Positions 49,201-61,362 of a DNA stretch of 64,000 bases are shown here, one piece after another. Below the pieces are notes generated by a model. That model did no database searches and had not been told where the DNA came from. It was given only the letters and a program-made list of their open reading frames with translations. The position numbers and the translations under genes are program-made. Position 1 is the stretch's first letter; every line of letters begins with the position of its first letter. Origin of the DNA: Azolla caroliniana (lineage: Eukaryota; Plantae; Polypodiophyta); assembly GCA_043228905.1 (NCBI GenBank), contig JBHGNT010000013.1, positions 5,270,001 to 5,334,000 on the forward strand. Direction: 5' to 3'.

Positions 49201-52200
49201 TTCTGATAGTCCATCGTGGCTATATTTGTAAATAGCTGAAAAGTCATATTAGTATAAATATCACTTAGGGCAAACTTTTGAGAGTGAGAGAGAGTTGTCA
49301 TTCTTGTTTGCGCAAGATCAGAGTGCGTAACTGTGTACAAAGAGAGAGAGAGAGAGCAAGAGATCGTTGCCTCTGTTGTAACCACCGCCTGTGGCGAAGA
49401 TAGAAAGCTCGAGGTTGTTGCCTCGATGCTTTACTGTTGTACACTGTAACATAGTGATAGTTTGCAGCCTGTGGGCTACCGTGGTTTTCTCCCTAGTTTG
49501 GGTTTTTCCACGTAAACATCCTGTGTACTCTTCTCTTCACTGTGTCGTGCATTCATTCCCCGTTTTTCTGTGTATGATTCTAAGCTCGGTTGTGGCCGAG
49601 CGTTGCGCATAGGGAGCACGTAGTTCCTGTCAAATTGGTATCAGAGAGAAATGACACAGAAAATGGACGAATCTTTGGGAGGTACGTTCAAGCTCACCGG
49701 CTCCAACTATTCGGTGTGGAATGTCGAAGATGAGGGACATGCTCGTGGTTAAAGATCTTTGGTTGCCGGTTCAGTTCGGGGACAACAGACCGAAAAAGAT
49801 CAACACCACGATATGGGAGGTGATGCACATGAAGACAACGGCGTACATACGGTGCTTCATCGACATGAGCCTATACAACAACTTCAATGAAGAGAGTAAG
49901 GCTCATGAGCTCCGGGAGAAGATCGGAATTATGTTTCAAAACAAAAATGTTGTTAACCAGGTTTCAGTATTCTGGAAGCTAGTAAGACTCCGGTACCAAG
50001 ATGGCTCCAGCATGGCGGAGCACATGAATGCCTTCCAGGGGCTGATAAACTAGGAAACATCATTGGAAGTACCTCTCGCCGATGAGGTACTAGCGCTACT
50101 CCTACTCGGTTCCCTCCCAAATAGCTGGGAGACATTGGTTGTCACTTTGGGCAATGCCGGACCGGAAGGGAAACAGTTATCCCTAGCAAGAGTGAAGTCG
50201 AGCTTGCTAGATGAGGAGGTGCATCGGAAAGATAAGGATACGAGCTCCGACTCCAAAGCGCTCCTTACCGAATCGAAACGCGGAAGACAAAGGAACCGTA
50301 GTCCCCAGAATTGGGAAAAGTTGGGGACACGGTCAAAGTCAAGGGGGAGGCTTACTTGCTTCTATTGTGGCAAGCCGGGACACTTCTAGAAGAACTGTCG
50401 GCACTTCCCAAAAGACAAGGAAACCGACAGTATTGATTCGAAGCGGACACCGGACCGGAACGGTAAAGACAGGAGGGGGCTGGACCGGAAGGGAACAATG
50501 GCAATCGTGGCAAGTGAAGAAGAGTTGATGCTCATCACCGAGGAGAGTGAGATAAACCTTGCCGACGACGAGATGACCTGGGTGGTAGACTCCGGAGCGT
50601 CGTTCCACCTTACCCCGGACCGGAAATGCTTCTCATCCTACTTAGCCGGTGATCACGGCTGTGTCCGTATGCGGAATGAAGGTACATGCCGACTTGTCGG
50701 CATAGGAGACATGTGGTTGACAACACCAACCGGATGCAAGCTGCTGCTGAAGGATGCTTGACACGTTCTGGAGGTTCGTCTGAACCTGATATCAGCCGTC
50801 GGCTAGATGACGAAGGCTACACGGGTAGCATCCGGAACGGTGTTATGAAGTTCAGCAAAGGGAGCCTGATTGTGGGTCGGGCCTGGAAGGTCAACATGTT
50901 GTACCTGATGAATGCCCAGTTATGTCCGGAGGAAGTGAACGTGGCATCCGACACTGCCGATGAGTTGTGGCACAAAAGGCTGTGTCACATGAGCAAGAAT
51001 GGGATGAAGAGCCTTGTAGATGACAACCTCATTCCCGTGAAGAATGTGCACTTGGGGAAGTGCACTGATTGTCTGGCTGGTAAGCAAAACCGGACCTCCT
51101 TCTGACCAAGGCTACCAATGAGACGTAATGCACCACTGGAGTTGGTGCATACTGATGTGTGTCAAGTGGACACGAAGTCACATGCAGGATCACAGTACTT
51201 CGTGATGTTCATAGATGACCACAACCGGAAGCTGTGGGCCACACCGTTGAAGATGAAGGATCAGGTGCTATCCATCTTCAAAGAACTCCACGCGAGAGTG
51301 GAAAGAGAAACCGGTCGGAAGCTGAAGGCGGTTTGAGCAGATAATGGAGGGGAATACCGGGGGCAGTTCGAGGAGTACTGTCGCTCGAAGGGAATCCGGC
51401 TCGAATTTACCGTGCTGAAGACGCCGGGACTAAATGGGCTGGCTGAGAGGATGAACCGGACCATAATGGAGAGGGTCTGGAGTATGCTGGCGCATGCAAA
51501 GTTACCCAAGACGTTTTGGGCTGAGGTGTTGTTGACAGCGACGTATGTGATAAAGAGATCACCCTTATTGCCCTTGGATGGAGACACACCGTAGAAGGTG
51601 TGGACCAGTAAGGAAGTGTCCTACCGGCATCTGAAGGTGTTCGGGTGTCTCGCATACGTGCATGTAGCTAAGGACCGGAGAGGAAAGTTAGATCCAAAGA
51701 CCCGGCCATGCATATTCCTCGGTTACGGCGACGATGAGTTCCGCTACCGAGTGTAGGACCCGGTCGACAAGAAGGTATTCCGGAGTCGAGATATTATCTT
51801 CATGGAGGACAAGACGCTCGCCGACTGGGAGTTAGAGAAGAAGATAATGAACTCTGAGTCGACCGGTAAGGATCGATTCTACGATGAGCAGACCCAACCG
51901 CCAAGAGACTAATTAGCACCCGAGGAACCAGCCAGTTACGGTGAGGATACCGAACCGACAGAAGAAGAAGTAGAGGAAGCTGAAACCGGAACTGGCCAAG
52001 ACCCCGAATTGGATTGACGCGAAGGGCTCCCCGAAGATTTCCGGATGCAGAGCATGTGTTGCTGACCGATGAGGGGGAGCCAGAAAGCTTCGAAGAAGCG
52101 AAGGTTGACACCCACAGCCGAAAATGGTTAAGTGCCATGTAGGATGAGATGGATTCCATGCATGAGAACCATATGTACGAATTGGTGGAATTGCCGAAAG

Positions 52201-55200
52201 GAAAGCGGGCACTTTGAAACAACTGGGTGTACAAGTTGAAACCGGGAGATGCCGGAAACCCCTCGAGATACAAAACGAGGATCGTGGTGAAGGGGTTCCA
52301 GCAGAAGAAGGGCGTGGACTTCGACGAGATATTTGCCCCGGTAGTAAAGATGACCTCCATCCGGACGGTGCTGAGTATAGCGGCAAGCATGGACCTCGAG
52401 GTAGAGCAGCTAGACGTGAAGACGACATTCCTTCACGGCGACCTCGAAGAGGAGATCTACATGCAGCAACCGGAAGGATTCGTGGAGAAAGGGAAGGAGC
52501 ACCTCATATGCCGATTGAAGAAGAGCCTGTACGGATTGAAGCAGGCTCCCCGACAATGGTACCGGAAGTTCGACTCCTTCATGACCGATCAAGGGTACCA
52601 CAAGACGCAGGCCGATCACTGCGTGTTTGTGAAGAAGTTCGAAGGAGGCAACTTCCTGATACTCCTTCTGTACGTGGATGACATGTTGATCGCCGGAGGG
52701 ACCAAGTCAAAATACGGATGCTGAAAAAGGCTCTCAACCAGACCTTCTCAATGAAAGACTTGGGTCCGGCAAGACAGATGTTGGGGATGCATATCATCCG
52801 GAATCGTCCATCGAAGCAATTGTGGCTGTCACACGAGAAGTACGTGACAAAGGTGCTTCAGCGGTTCAACATGTTGGAAGCGAAACCGGTCGGATTGATA
52901 CTCCCGGCAAACTGTAGATTATCTGGTAAGCAAAGCCCGAAGACGAAAGCAGAGAAGGCTGATATGATGAAGGTTCCATATGCCTCTCCCGTCAGGAGCT
53001 TAATGTACGCAATGGTGTGTACCCGACCGGATATAGGATATGCAGTCGGAGTGGTGAGCCGGTTTATGAGCAATCCCGGCAAGGAGCACTGGAATGTAGT
53101 CAAAGGCATACTCCGGTACTTGAAGGGCACTTTGAATATGTGTCTCCGATTCGGCTCCATAAAACCTCAACTTGACGGTTTTACCGATTTGGACATGTCG
53201 GCTGATGTGGATACAAGCCGAACCACATCTGGGTATGTAATGACATATGCAGGAGGAGCTATTTCGTGGCAGTCGAGGCTGCAGAAGACGGTTGCGTTGT
53301 CAACCACGGAGGGCGGAGTACATGGCGGTTGTGGAAGCCGGCAAGGGAATATTATGGATGAAGGACTACATCGGAGAGCTCAGCATCAGGCAAGATGAAT
53401 ACCGGCTCTATTGCAACAGCCAAAGTGCCATCCACCTTGCTAGGAATGCGGCCTACCATTCCCGGACGAAGCATATCCAACGAAGGTATCACTAGATCCG
53501 AGAAAGAGTAGATGACCAGGAGTTTGCGCTGACGAAGATCCACACGGCCAAGAACGGGTCAGATATGTTGACCAAAGTACTAATACCCGACAAGTTGGAT
53601 GCATGCCGGAAGCGGATCAGACTAGTAAGACATCCCATGCCGGAGTGAAGGTGGAGTTTGTTAGGGAACAGGTCCCTCCGGATGGGAAGTGAGAAGAACA
53701 GTACCGAAACCGGATGAGGAATACCCAGTTACGGAAGACCCGGTGAGAACCGGATGACGAGAACCCGGCTACGGAGAGTTGGATGGTGCAGACCTGGTGA
53801 GAACCGGATGAGGAGTACCTGGCTATGAAGAGCCGAATGGTGCAGACCTGGTCAGAACCGGATGAGGAGTACCCGGAAACGGAAGACCCGGTGAGAACCG
53901 GATGACGAGTACCCGGCAAGCCCCGGATGATGCAGGCCCGGTGAGCAGTGCTCACCGGATGAGGAGACATATTCGTAAATATGTTTCTGATAGTCCATCG
54001 TGGCTATATTTGTAAATAGCCGAAAAGTCATATTAGTATAAATATCAATTAGGGCAAAATTTTGAGAGTGAGAGAGAGTTTGCGCAAGATCAGAGCGCGT
54101 AATTGTGTACAAAGAGAGAGAGAGAGAGAGAGCAAGAGGTCGTTGCCTCTGTTGTAACCACCGCCTGTGGCGAAGATAGAAAGCTCGAGGTTGTTGCCTC
54201 GATGCTTTACTATTGTACACTGTAACATAGTGATAGTTTGCAGCCTGTGGGCTGCCGTGGTTTTTTCCCTAGTTTGGGTTTTTCCACGTAAATATCCTGT
54301 GTACTCTTCTCTTCACTGTGTCGTGCATTCATTCCCCGTTTTTCTGTGTATGATTCTAAGCTCAGTTGTGGTCGAGCGTTGCACATAGGGACGTGTAGTT
54401 CCTGTCTGTTATAACTCCCGGACGAAGCAGGTCCGTGTTAGCCGGGATGTTGAGTTTGATGAGACGGCATCATGGTATGCCTTACCGGCTCCGACTTTTG
54501 ACCTAGACCCGATACTGGAGGATGAGGCTAATGAGCCTAAACTAGTCCAGTCAGAAGACGAAGGGTTCGAGACTCTAGATGTGAGTCCGGAATCGTTTCG
54601 GTTGACTGGACCGAATGAGCGGTTGAGTCGGGATGACCAGTCGGATGAGGAACCAGCGAGTAATGGAGACTTTGTCATGCTCTCCCCGCGCAAGGAACCG
54701 AGGAGATGGTTCACACGCAAAGAGAAGGGGAAGAAGAAGATGTCGGAATACGAAACCGGAAACCCTGAGTTGGATCGGAGCGAATCCGACTCCGGAAAGG
54801 ATGAAGCCAGATCTTCGGGAACAAAGCCCGAACTGGCCAAGAAGCGCCTCAAACCGGGTAACGATAAAATATGTTGGTCTTCCCGCTAGAAGAACCCTGT
54901 GTAGCGGTACGGGTACAATGAGTACATGGCGCATCATTATGCGTACATGACTAAGGTGGCAGAAGTGATGAGCCAGAGAGCTACGCAGAAGCGGCAAAGG
55001 ACGTAACTTGGCGTGCCACTATGGAGGAAGAAATGCGGGCACTTGAAGCCTACGACACATGGGACCTAGTTGACCCTCCCCGACACTCTAAACCGATCGG
55101 ATGTAAGTGGGTGTACAAGGTAAAGTACAATGCCGACGGTTCGGTTAACCGGTACAAGGCCCGGTTAGTGGCGAAGGGATATGCGCAAACCCACGGAATC

Positions 55201-57428
55201 GACTACGACGAGACCTTCGCTCCGGTAGCGAAGATGACGATGGTTCGTGTGGTGCTGGCGGTTGCTGCGACAAGGCGGTGGCATCTTCACCAGATGGACG
55301 TGAAGAATGTATTTCTTCAAGGTAATCTTGAAGTAGAGGTCATGATGACCCAACCCCCGGTTTCCAGTCGGAGATGAACAAGTCGGCAGTATGCCGGCTG
55401 AATGTTCATCCGGCAAGGTTCAGACGGTCCGGTTTGCATCTTGCTGTATGTTGATGATCTAGTCATCACCGGATCCGAACTCGATGAAATCAGCGGAGTC
55501 AAAGTCCCAACTATCGAAAGCATTTGAGATGAAGGACCAAGGGGGACCTTCACTATTTCCTTGGGATTGAGGTGATCCGAACCCCTGATGGCATATTGCT
55601 ATTACAAAGACACTATGTGTTGAATATGTTGTACAAGTTCGGCATGAGGGAATGCGGACCAATCTCCAAACCCCTAGACCGGAACCAGAAGCTTCATCCC
55701 AACTCCGGACCGGCTTGCGATGAGAAGCGGTTCCGAAAAATCATCAAAAGCCTTATATATTTGACAATCACCTAACCTGACATAAGTTATCCGGTCGGCG
55801 TGATCAGCCAATATATGTAGAAGTCGACCGTGGAGCACCTTCTTTGCGCACATCGAATTTTGCGATATGTGCGCAGCACGAAGGCCCGGGCTAGGGACTG
55901 TTATACCGGCATGGTATAAGCGAAGAGCTAGTCGGCTACACCAATGCCGCCTAGGCCGACGATGCATCAGATCGTCGATCCACCTCCGGGTATATGTTTT
56001 CCCTTGGTAGCGCGGTTGTTGCGTGGAGCAGCAAAAAGTAGCCAACAGTGGCCCTTTCGAGCAATGAGGCTGAATACCAGAGTGCTACCGTTGCCACCTA
56101 TGAAGCCATTTGGGTTCGGCGACTACTGCAAGACCTGCGGATCAATGTGCTGACCCCAATCCTAATCTACTGCGACAACATAAGTAGCATGTAGCTCGCC
56201 GAGAACCCCGCATTCCATGGTCGCACAAAGCACATAGAACTGCACCACCACTTCATGCGTGAGCGTGTCCTGAGTGGTGAAGTCGAACTTCGGTATGTTC
56301 ATACGGACGGCAGGTTGCCGACATCTTCACCAAACCGCTCATATTGGACAAGTTGCATCACTTCACCGAAATGCTTGGCGTTTAGCATCTCGACATGCCA
56401 CACTTGAGGGGGAGAATTGGCAAAGACACTGGAACAAGCAAAGGGAAAGAAATTGTTGATTGCGTCAGTGAGGGAAGAACCGACAAAGAGAGACACAAGA
56501 AGAAGAAAGGAGCCAAGTTGACACATCCAAACAAGTTGGAACAAGCGGCAATGGCAGCAGAGTCAAGAACGACAGAGTCGATCGGAAGAAGAAAGCCAAG
56601 ACCCGAACATGGTCTGATGTGGTGAAGGGCCTGAAGCCGGAAAACTAATTAGGAGCAACAGATTCAGACAAGAGCTAGAACGAGTCGGAGACAACCGATT
56701 TAGTTCAACAGACGGATTCGGAAGAACCGGATCAACTGGAGGTCAAGCGGACGAGAACAGAGCGGAAGTCGACGCCAACACGGAGAAACCGGCGGGATGA
56801 CAAGCGCCAAAGTCACAACAGCGAGGGAGCTGAATTGGGCCTGTTGAGCAGACAAGCTGATCAAGGAGGTCGAGGTGCGCAGAACCAGAGGGGTTGCGAC
56901 AAACGAGACCAGACCGGACGAGGAGCGTGAGTGAGGCGAAGTGATGCCAGAAGGAGCCCGATGGAAGGACCGACTGCCATAGAGACTGGCACTACGATCC
57001 GACCTCAAGTTGAGCTTGAGGGGGAGTGTTGGGTGGCAAGCTCAACCGGATCCGGATCGGCTGAATAAGCCTAAGCCGGATTGGTGAGCCGGTGAGCTGG
57101 GTAGCCGGTTAGTCGGATCCATCAGTAACCGGAAGCCTAGTAGCAGCCTAGACTACTGGGTAGTTAATGTCTCATAGTTAGTGTCAGACGCTTGTGTGAG
57201 CATTGAAGTACACTGTACTTCTGTCAGTCTATATGGACTTGTATAAAAGTGTTCACAGAACACATACCATGTACAGAGTATTACAGAGAACTATTATTTT
57301 CTGAATAGAGTCTTGTGTCTTCTCTCTCTCTGTCTCTCCCGCGTTCTGTGTATATTCAAGCTCTCCATTAAACTTGCATATTTTTCTGTCTTCGGTGTTC
57401 TACTTGCTTCCACACACTATTCTTTACA
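46269..57428 (+). mobile_element. Copia family A-related full-length copy A3 (LTRs 46269-46671 and 57027-57428, PBS 46672-46683, TSD TTGAT)
   Basis: TG...CA LTR pair, TTGAT at 46264-46268 and 57429-57433, and TTGAGGGGGAG PPT. Gag-PR-IN-RT-RH are all present but disrupted. Confidence 0.95.
48915..54407 (+). mobile_element. Copia family B2 full-length copy 2 (LTRs 48915-49632 and 53659-54407, PBS 49636-49646, TSD GTTAT), nested in A3 integrase
   Basis: GTTAT at 48910-48914 and 54408-54412; host YKCY|NSRT rejoins. All pol domains are present with stops. Confidence 0.95.
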
Positions 57429-59856
57429 TTGATGAACCAAACTACCTCTCTAGAAGTACCTCTTGTCGACGAGGTTTAGCATTACTGTTGTTGGGATCCC
57501 TTCCGGACAATTGGCAGACTCTCATTGTCACTTTGGGCAACGCCGGGCCGAAAGGGAAGCATCTATCCCTAGAGTAGGTGAAGTCGATCTTACTGAATGA
57601 AGAAGCTCGCGGGAAGGACCATTAGTCCAATACCAACCAGAAGGGTTTAGTCATGAAAGGTGACACGATTCGGGGAGGAAGCCAAAATTGAGGTCTCCAG
57701 AACCGAGATAAGTCAAGGACCAAGTCGAAGTTGAGGGGGTAACCCACATGTTTCTATTGTGGGAAGCTGGGGCACTTCCAGGAAAACTAACGACCGAAAG
57801 GAGAAAGGGGGAGTTGATGGTGTAGAGCTGAAGAAAATTCTAGATAGAAAGAACACCACAACAATCGCCACGAGTGAGTAGGAGTTGTTGCTCATCAGTG
57901 AGCAAAACGAAGTGAATCTCGTTGGCGAAGAATCGACATGGATGGTCGACTCGGGTGCGTCATTCCACCTAACCCCTGACCAAAAGTGCTTCTCATCCTA
58001 CAGAGTTGGAGATCTAGGATCTGTAAAGATGGGAAATGAGATGCATGTCAAATCGTCGGCATTGGAAATGTGTGTTTGGAAACCTCAACCTGATGTAGAC
58101 TCGTGTTGAGAGATGTACGACACGTTCTGGAGGTTCGATTGAACCTAATATGAGTCGGTTAGCTAGATGATGAAGGCTACACGTGTGGCATCTAAAACAA
58201 TGTCATGAAGTTCTGCCGAAGAAGTATGATTGTGGATCAAGCTCGAAAGACCAACACATTGTACATAATGAATACTCAAATATGCCGAGGGGAAGCAAAG
58301 GTGGTAGCCGACACGGTCGGTGAACTGTGACACAAGAGGTGGTGCCATATGAGCCAGAAGGGGATGCGAAAACTTGCCGAGGACAACCTCATTCCTGAGG
58401 TGAAGAATGTGCAACTTGAGAAGTGCACAGATTGCTTGGCTGGTAAGTAGAATCGAACATCCTTCCGAACGAGGCCCCCGATGAGGAAGAAAATGTCGTT
58501 GGAACTCATGCATACAGATGTATGCTATGTGGACACGAAGTTGCATGGTGGTTCACAGTATTTCGTGTCCTTCATTGATGACTGTAGCAAGAAGTTGTGG
58601 GCTTCCATGCTAAAGACGAAGGATCAAGTGTTAAGTGAGGACCGATAAAGAATCCGGCTGAAAACTAAAGGTAATCCAAGCGGTGAATGGCGGAGAGTAC
58701 CGTGGACGATTTGAGGAATATTGCCGAAATCGAGGAATCCAGCTCAACTATATCATGCTGAAGACGCTAGAGCTTAATGGGCTGGCCAAGAGAATGAACT
58801 AGACCATAATGGAAAGGGTCCGAAGTATGCTTGCACATGTTAAGTTACCAAAGACGGTCTAGGCTAAGGCGCTAGTGATGGCACCGTACGTGATAAACCG
58901 ATTATCCTCGGTACCGTTGGAGGGTGATATTCCACAAAGGTTGTGGAGTGGCAAAGACTTATCATACCTATTATAATACGGCAAGACTCAAACTCATGAC
59001 CTTATGTTACATTGGTCGAACTCTTGACCATTACACTATCTATTATAATACGTAAAATATTGTTTCTATTTATGTTTTACTATAGAAAATTAATGTATAT
59101 TCCAGATTTCTCTGGAACATTCTAGAAGCTTCAGGACTACTCCTAAGAACACTATAAAAGGAGCCACAAGGCATTATTTCGAACCAAATCAGTTCAACGC
59201 CAGTCTTAAGCCTCCTAGACTTGTATATTCTTCTAACATAATATATTATTTTCATCATCATTTTCTCTCCCTCGATCTCTCTCACTCACTCTCTCTCTCT
59301 CTCCTTCTCTCAAGTGTTCTACACCCTCTATTCCTCTTAGTACTAATATTCCTCTCTTAGTACTAATTTCTTCTCTGTCTCAGTACTATTCCTGACAGTT
59401 TGAAGCGATTTTCCTCCTTCTGTCTCCTCCTTTCCTCTTCTTCCTTTTATCTTCTTACATATCCCCTTTTTTCCGGTCTTCTTTCCGGTTTCCCTCATCT
59501 TCTTACCCCTTTTTTCCCTTCATACTAATCCTCTTATCCTCCCTAGTAAAATGGAAACTGTTAGCACTCAGGAATACCAATCTGTTTTCTTGGAGCTCTA
59601 GTGCTTAAAAGAGAAATTTGTAGCACTAGAACAAGAAAATCATCGTTTGTTGGGGGATCTTCAAGTAATAGCGCTGGAAAAACAACAACACGAGGAACTA
59701 ACATTACGTGTACAACAACTTGAAGCGACTATTGTATCACTACAACAACAAGGATCAAGCACTCAAGGGATTCACAAAGGACCCAAGATTGGTCTTCTTG
59801 CAAAATTTGATGGTACCCGATCACAATTTAGAGGTTTTCTGAGTTAGGTACGTTTA

Positions 59857-60543
59857 GTGATTCAAATGCATCCTTCTCGATATCCCACCGATGCATCACG
59901 AGTGGGACTAGTAGGCACTCTACTTAGTGGCTCAACATTGGCATGGTTCACTCCGTTGTTAGAAAAGGAATCTCCATTACTAAACAATTTTGAAGAATTT
60001 ATAAGTGAGTTTAAAGCCTGTTTTGGAGATACTAACTACATAAGGACAACAATCAACAAAATTCGACGATTATGCCAAGGTGATTGTCTAGCCTCCGCAT
60101 ACGCTGCAGATTTTCGCCTACTCGCCGCCGATATCCCTTGGAATGATCAAGCATTGATGGAGCAATTTTGTTATGGTTTACGCAATGATGTTAAGGATTT
60201 ACTCTTGACCTTCCCCGAAGAACCAAAGTCATTAACAGAAGCAATCAGTCGCGCGGTGACATGCGACAACCGCCTTTTCGAACAACGTTCGGAACGGCAA
60301 TTCCAGATGTTGAGGGCAAGATCAGAGCCCACCTACGCCTCAGTGGTAGCGAGACCTTTTCCGAGGGAGTCATATAATGCGTCTCTAATGAATACTCCGA
60401 CTCCGATGGAGATTGACACTACACGTCGTCGCGGACCATTATCGAAAGAAGAAAAGCAGCGACGTCGAGCAAATCGACTATGTCTTTATTGCGGTGGACT
60501 AGGGCATATTGTAGTAAATTGTCCCAATAGGCCAAGAAGATAG
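59857..60543 (+). pseudogene. gag: Gypsy gag (capsid domain plus CCHC zinc knuckle)
   Basis: Motifs as above; flanked by in-frame TAG stops. Confidence 0.9.
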
Positions 60544-60760
60544 GTAAACCAAATAGTTGCTATTTCTAATTGTACTAAACCAGAGTCTATTTCAGTAGGA
60601 ATATCTAATAGTCCTAATAGTACTAATAGCCCGAATCTAGTGAACAAATTTAATGTCCTTAGTTAGTTAAAAGAAGAGTTAAATGACTAAGTCCAGCCAA
60701 AATAGGAGCTATTTGGTTGGACAACCCTAGATCTGTGTAGCCCATTAGTGGTTCCATTCC

Positions 60761-61362
60761 TGTTGGGATTACGGTCCCTTCGGATGGGATGGTCGGATGT
60801 CGGAGATGAATGCCGACAAGCCCGGTTGCGGTTTCGGAACCGGATGATGAAGACCCCGGCTTCGGAGCCGGATGACGAATGTACCCGGAGAGAGATCCGG
60901 ATGCGGGGACATATCTGTGAATATGTTTGCCAAGGGCCCTTGAGGCTATAGTTGTAAATAGCCCGAAAGTCATATGTGTATAAATATGACTTAGGGCAAA
61001 CAGTTTTAATGTTGCTACTCATTTTTCTGTTTTTCCACTCAAGAGGAGTGAAGAGAGAGCAGCCGTGAGAGAGATAGAGCGTGAGAGAGGAAGAGGTCGA
61101 CGCCTCTGTGTATTTCCGCCGCCTGTGGCGAGGACAGCGAGCTCAAGGTCGTCGCCTTGCAGCTCGCCATTGTATATTTCTCTGTGCATAGTTTTGGTTC
61201 GGAGTCTTGTACTCCCGTGGTTTTTCCCGTCTAGGGTTTTCCACGTTAATCCCTGTGTTATCGTGTCTTTCTCTGTGTTTCCTATATTTTCTGCTGCATT
61301 GATTCGCGCTTCCTCGGTTGTGGCCGAGTGGTGAAGGGGAATCGGAGTGTCGATTCCTTACA
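60761..61362 (+). mobile_element. Solo LTR of a family B-related copia, TSD ATTCC
   Basis: TGTTGGG...CCTTACA flanked by ATTCC at 60756-60760 and 61363-61367; shares TGTAAATAGCCCGAAAGTCATAT and CTCGGTTGTGGCCGAG with B LTRs. Confidence 0.93.

Larger units (their letters stand above)
45358..58968 (+). mobile_element. Copia family B1, 5' half (LTR 45358-45885, PBS 45889-45900, gag-pol 45902-46268 and 57429-58968)
   Basis: GTTTG|TGTTGGGAAAC junction. Gag rejoins across the A3 insertion and is collinear with 8425-10517 and 21087-21460. Confidence 0.92.

Noticed and set aside
39608-57428. Autonomous, active copia elements
   Set aside because: Every gag-pol has several premature stops and frameshifts, many consistent with C-to-T or G-to-A decay of methylated DNA.
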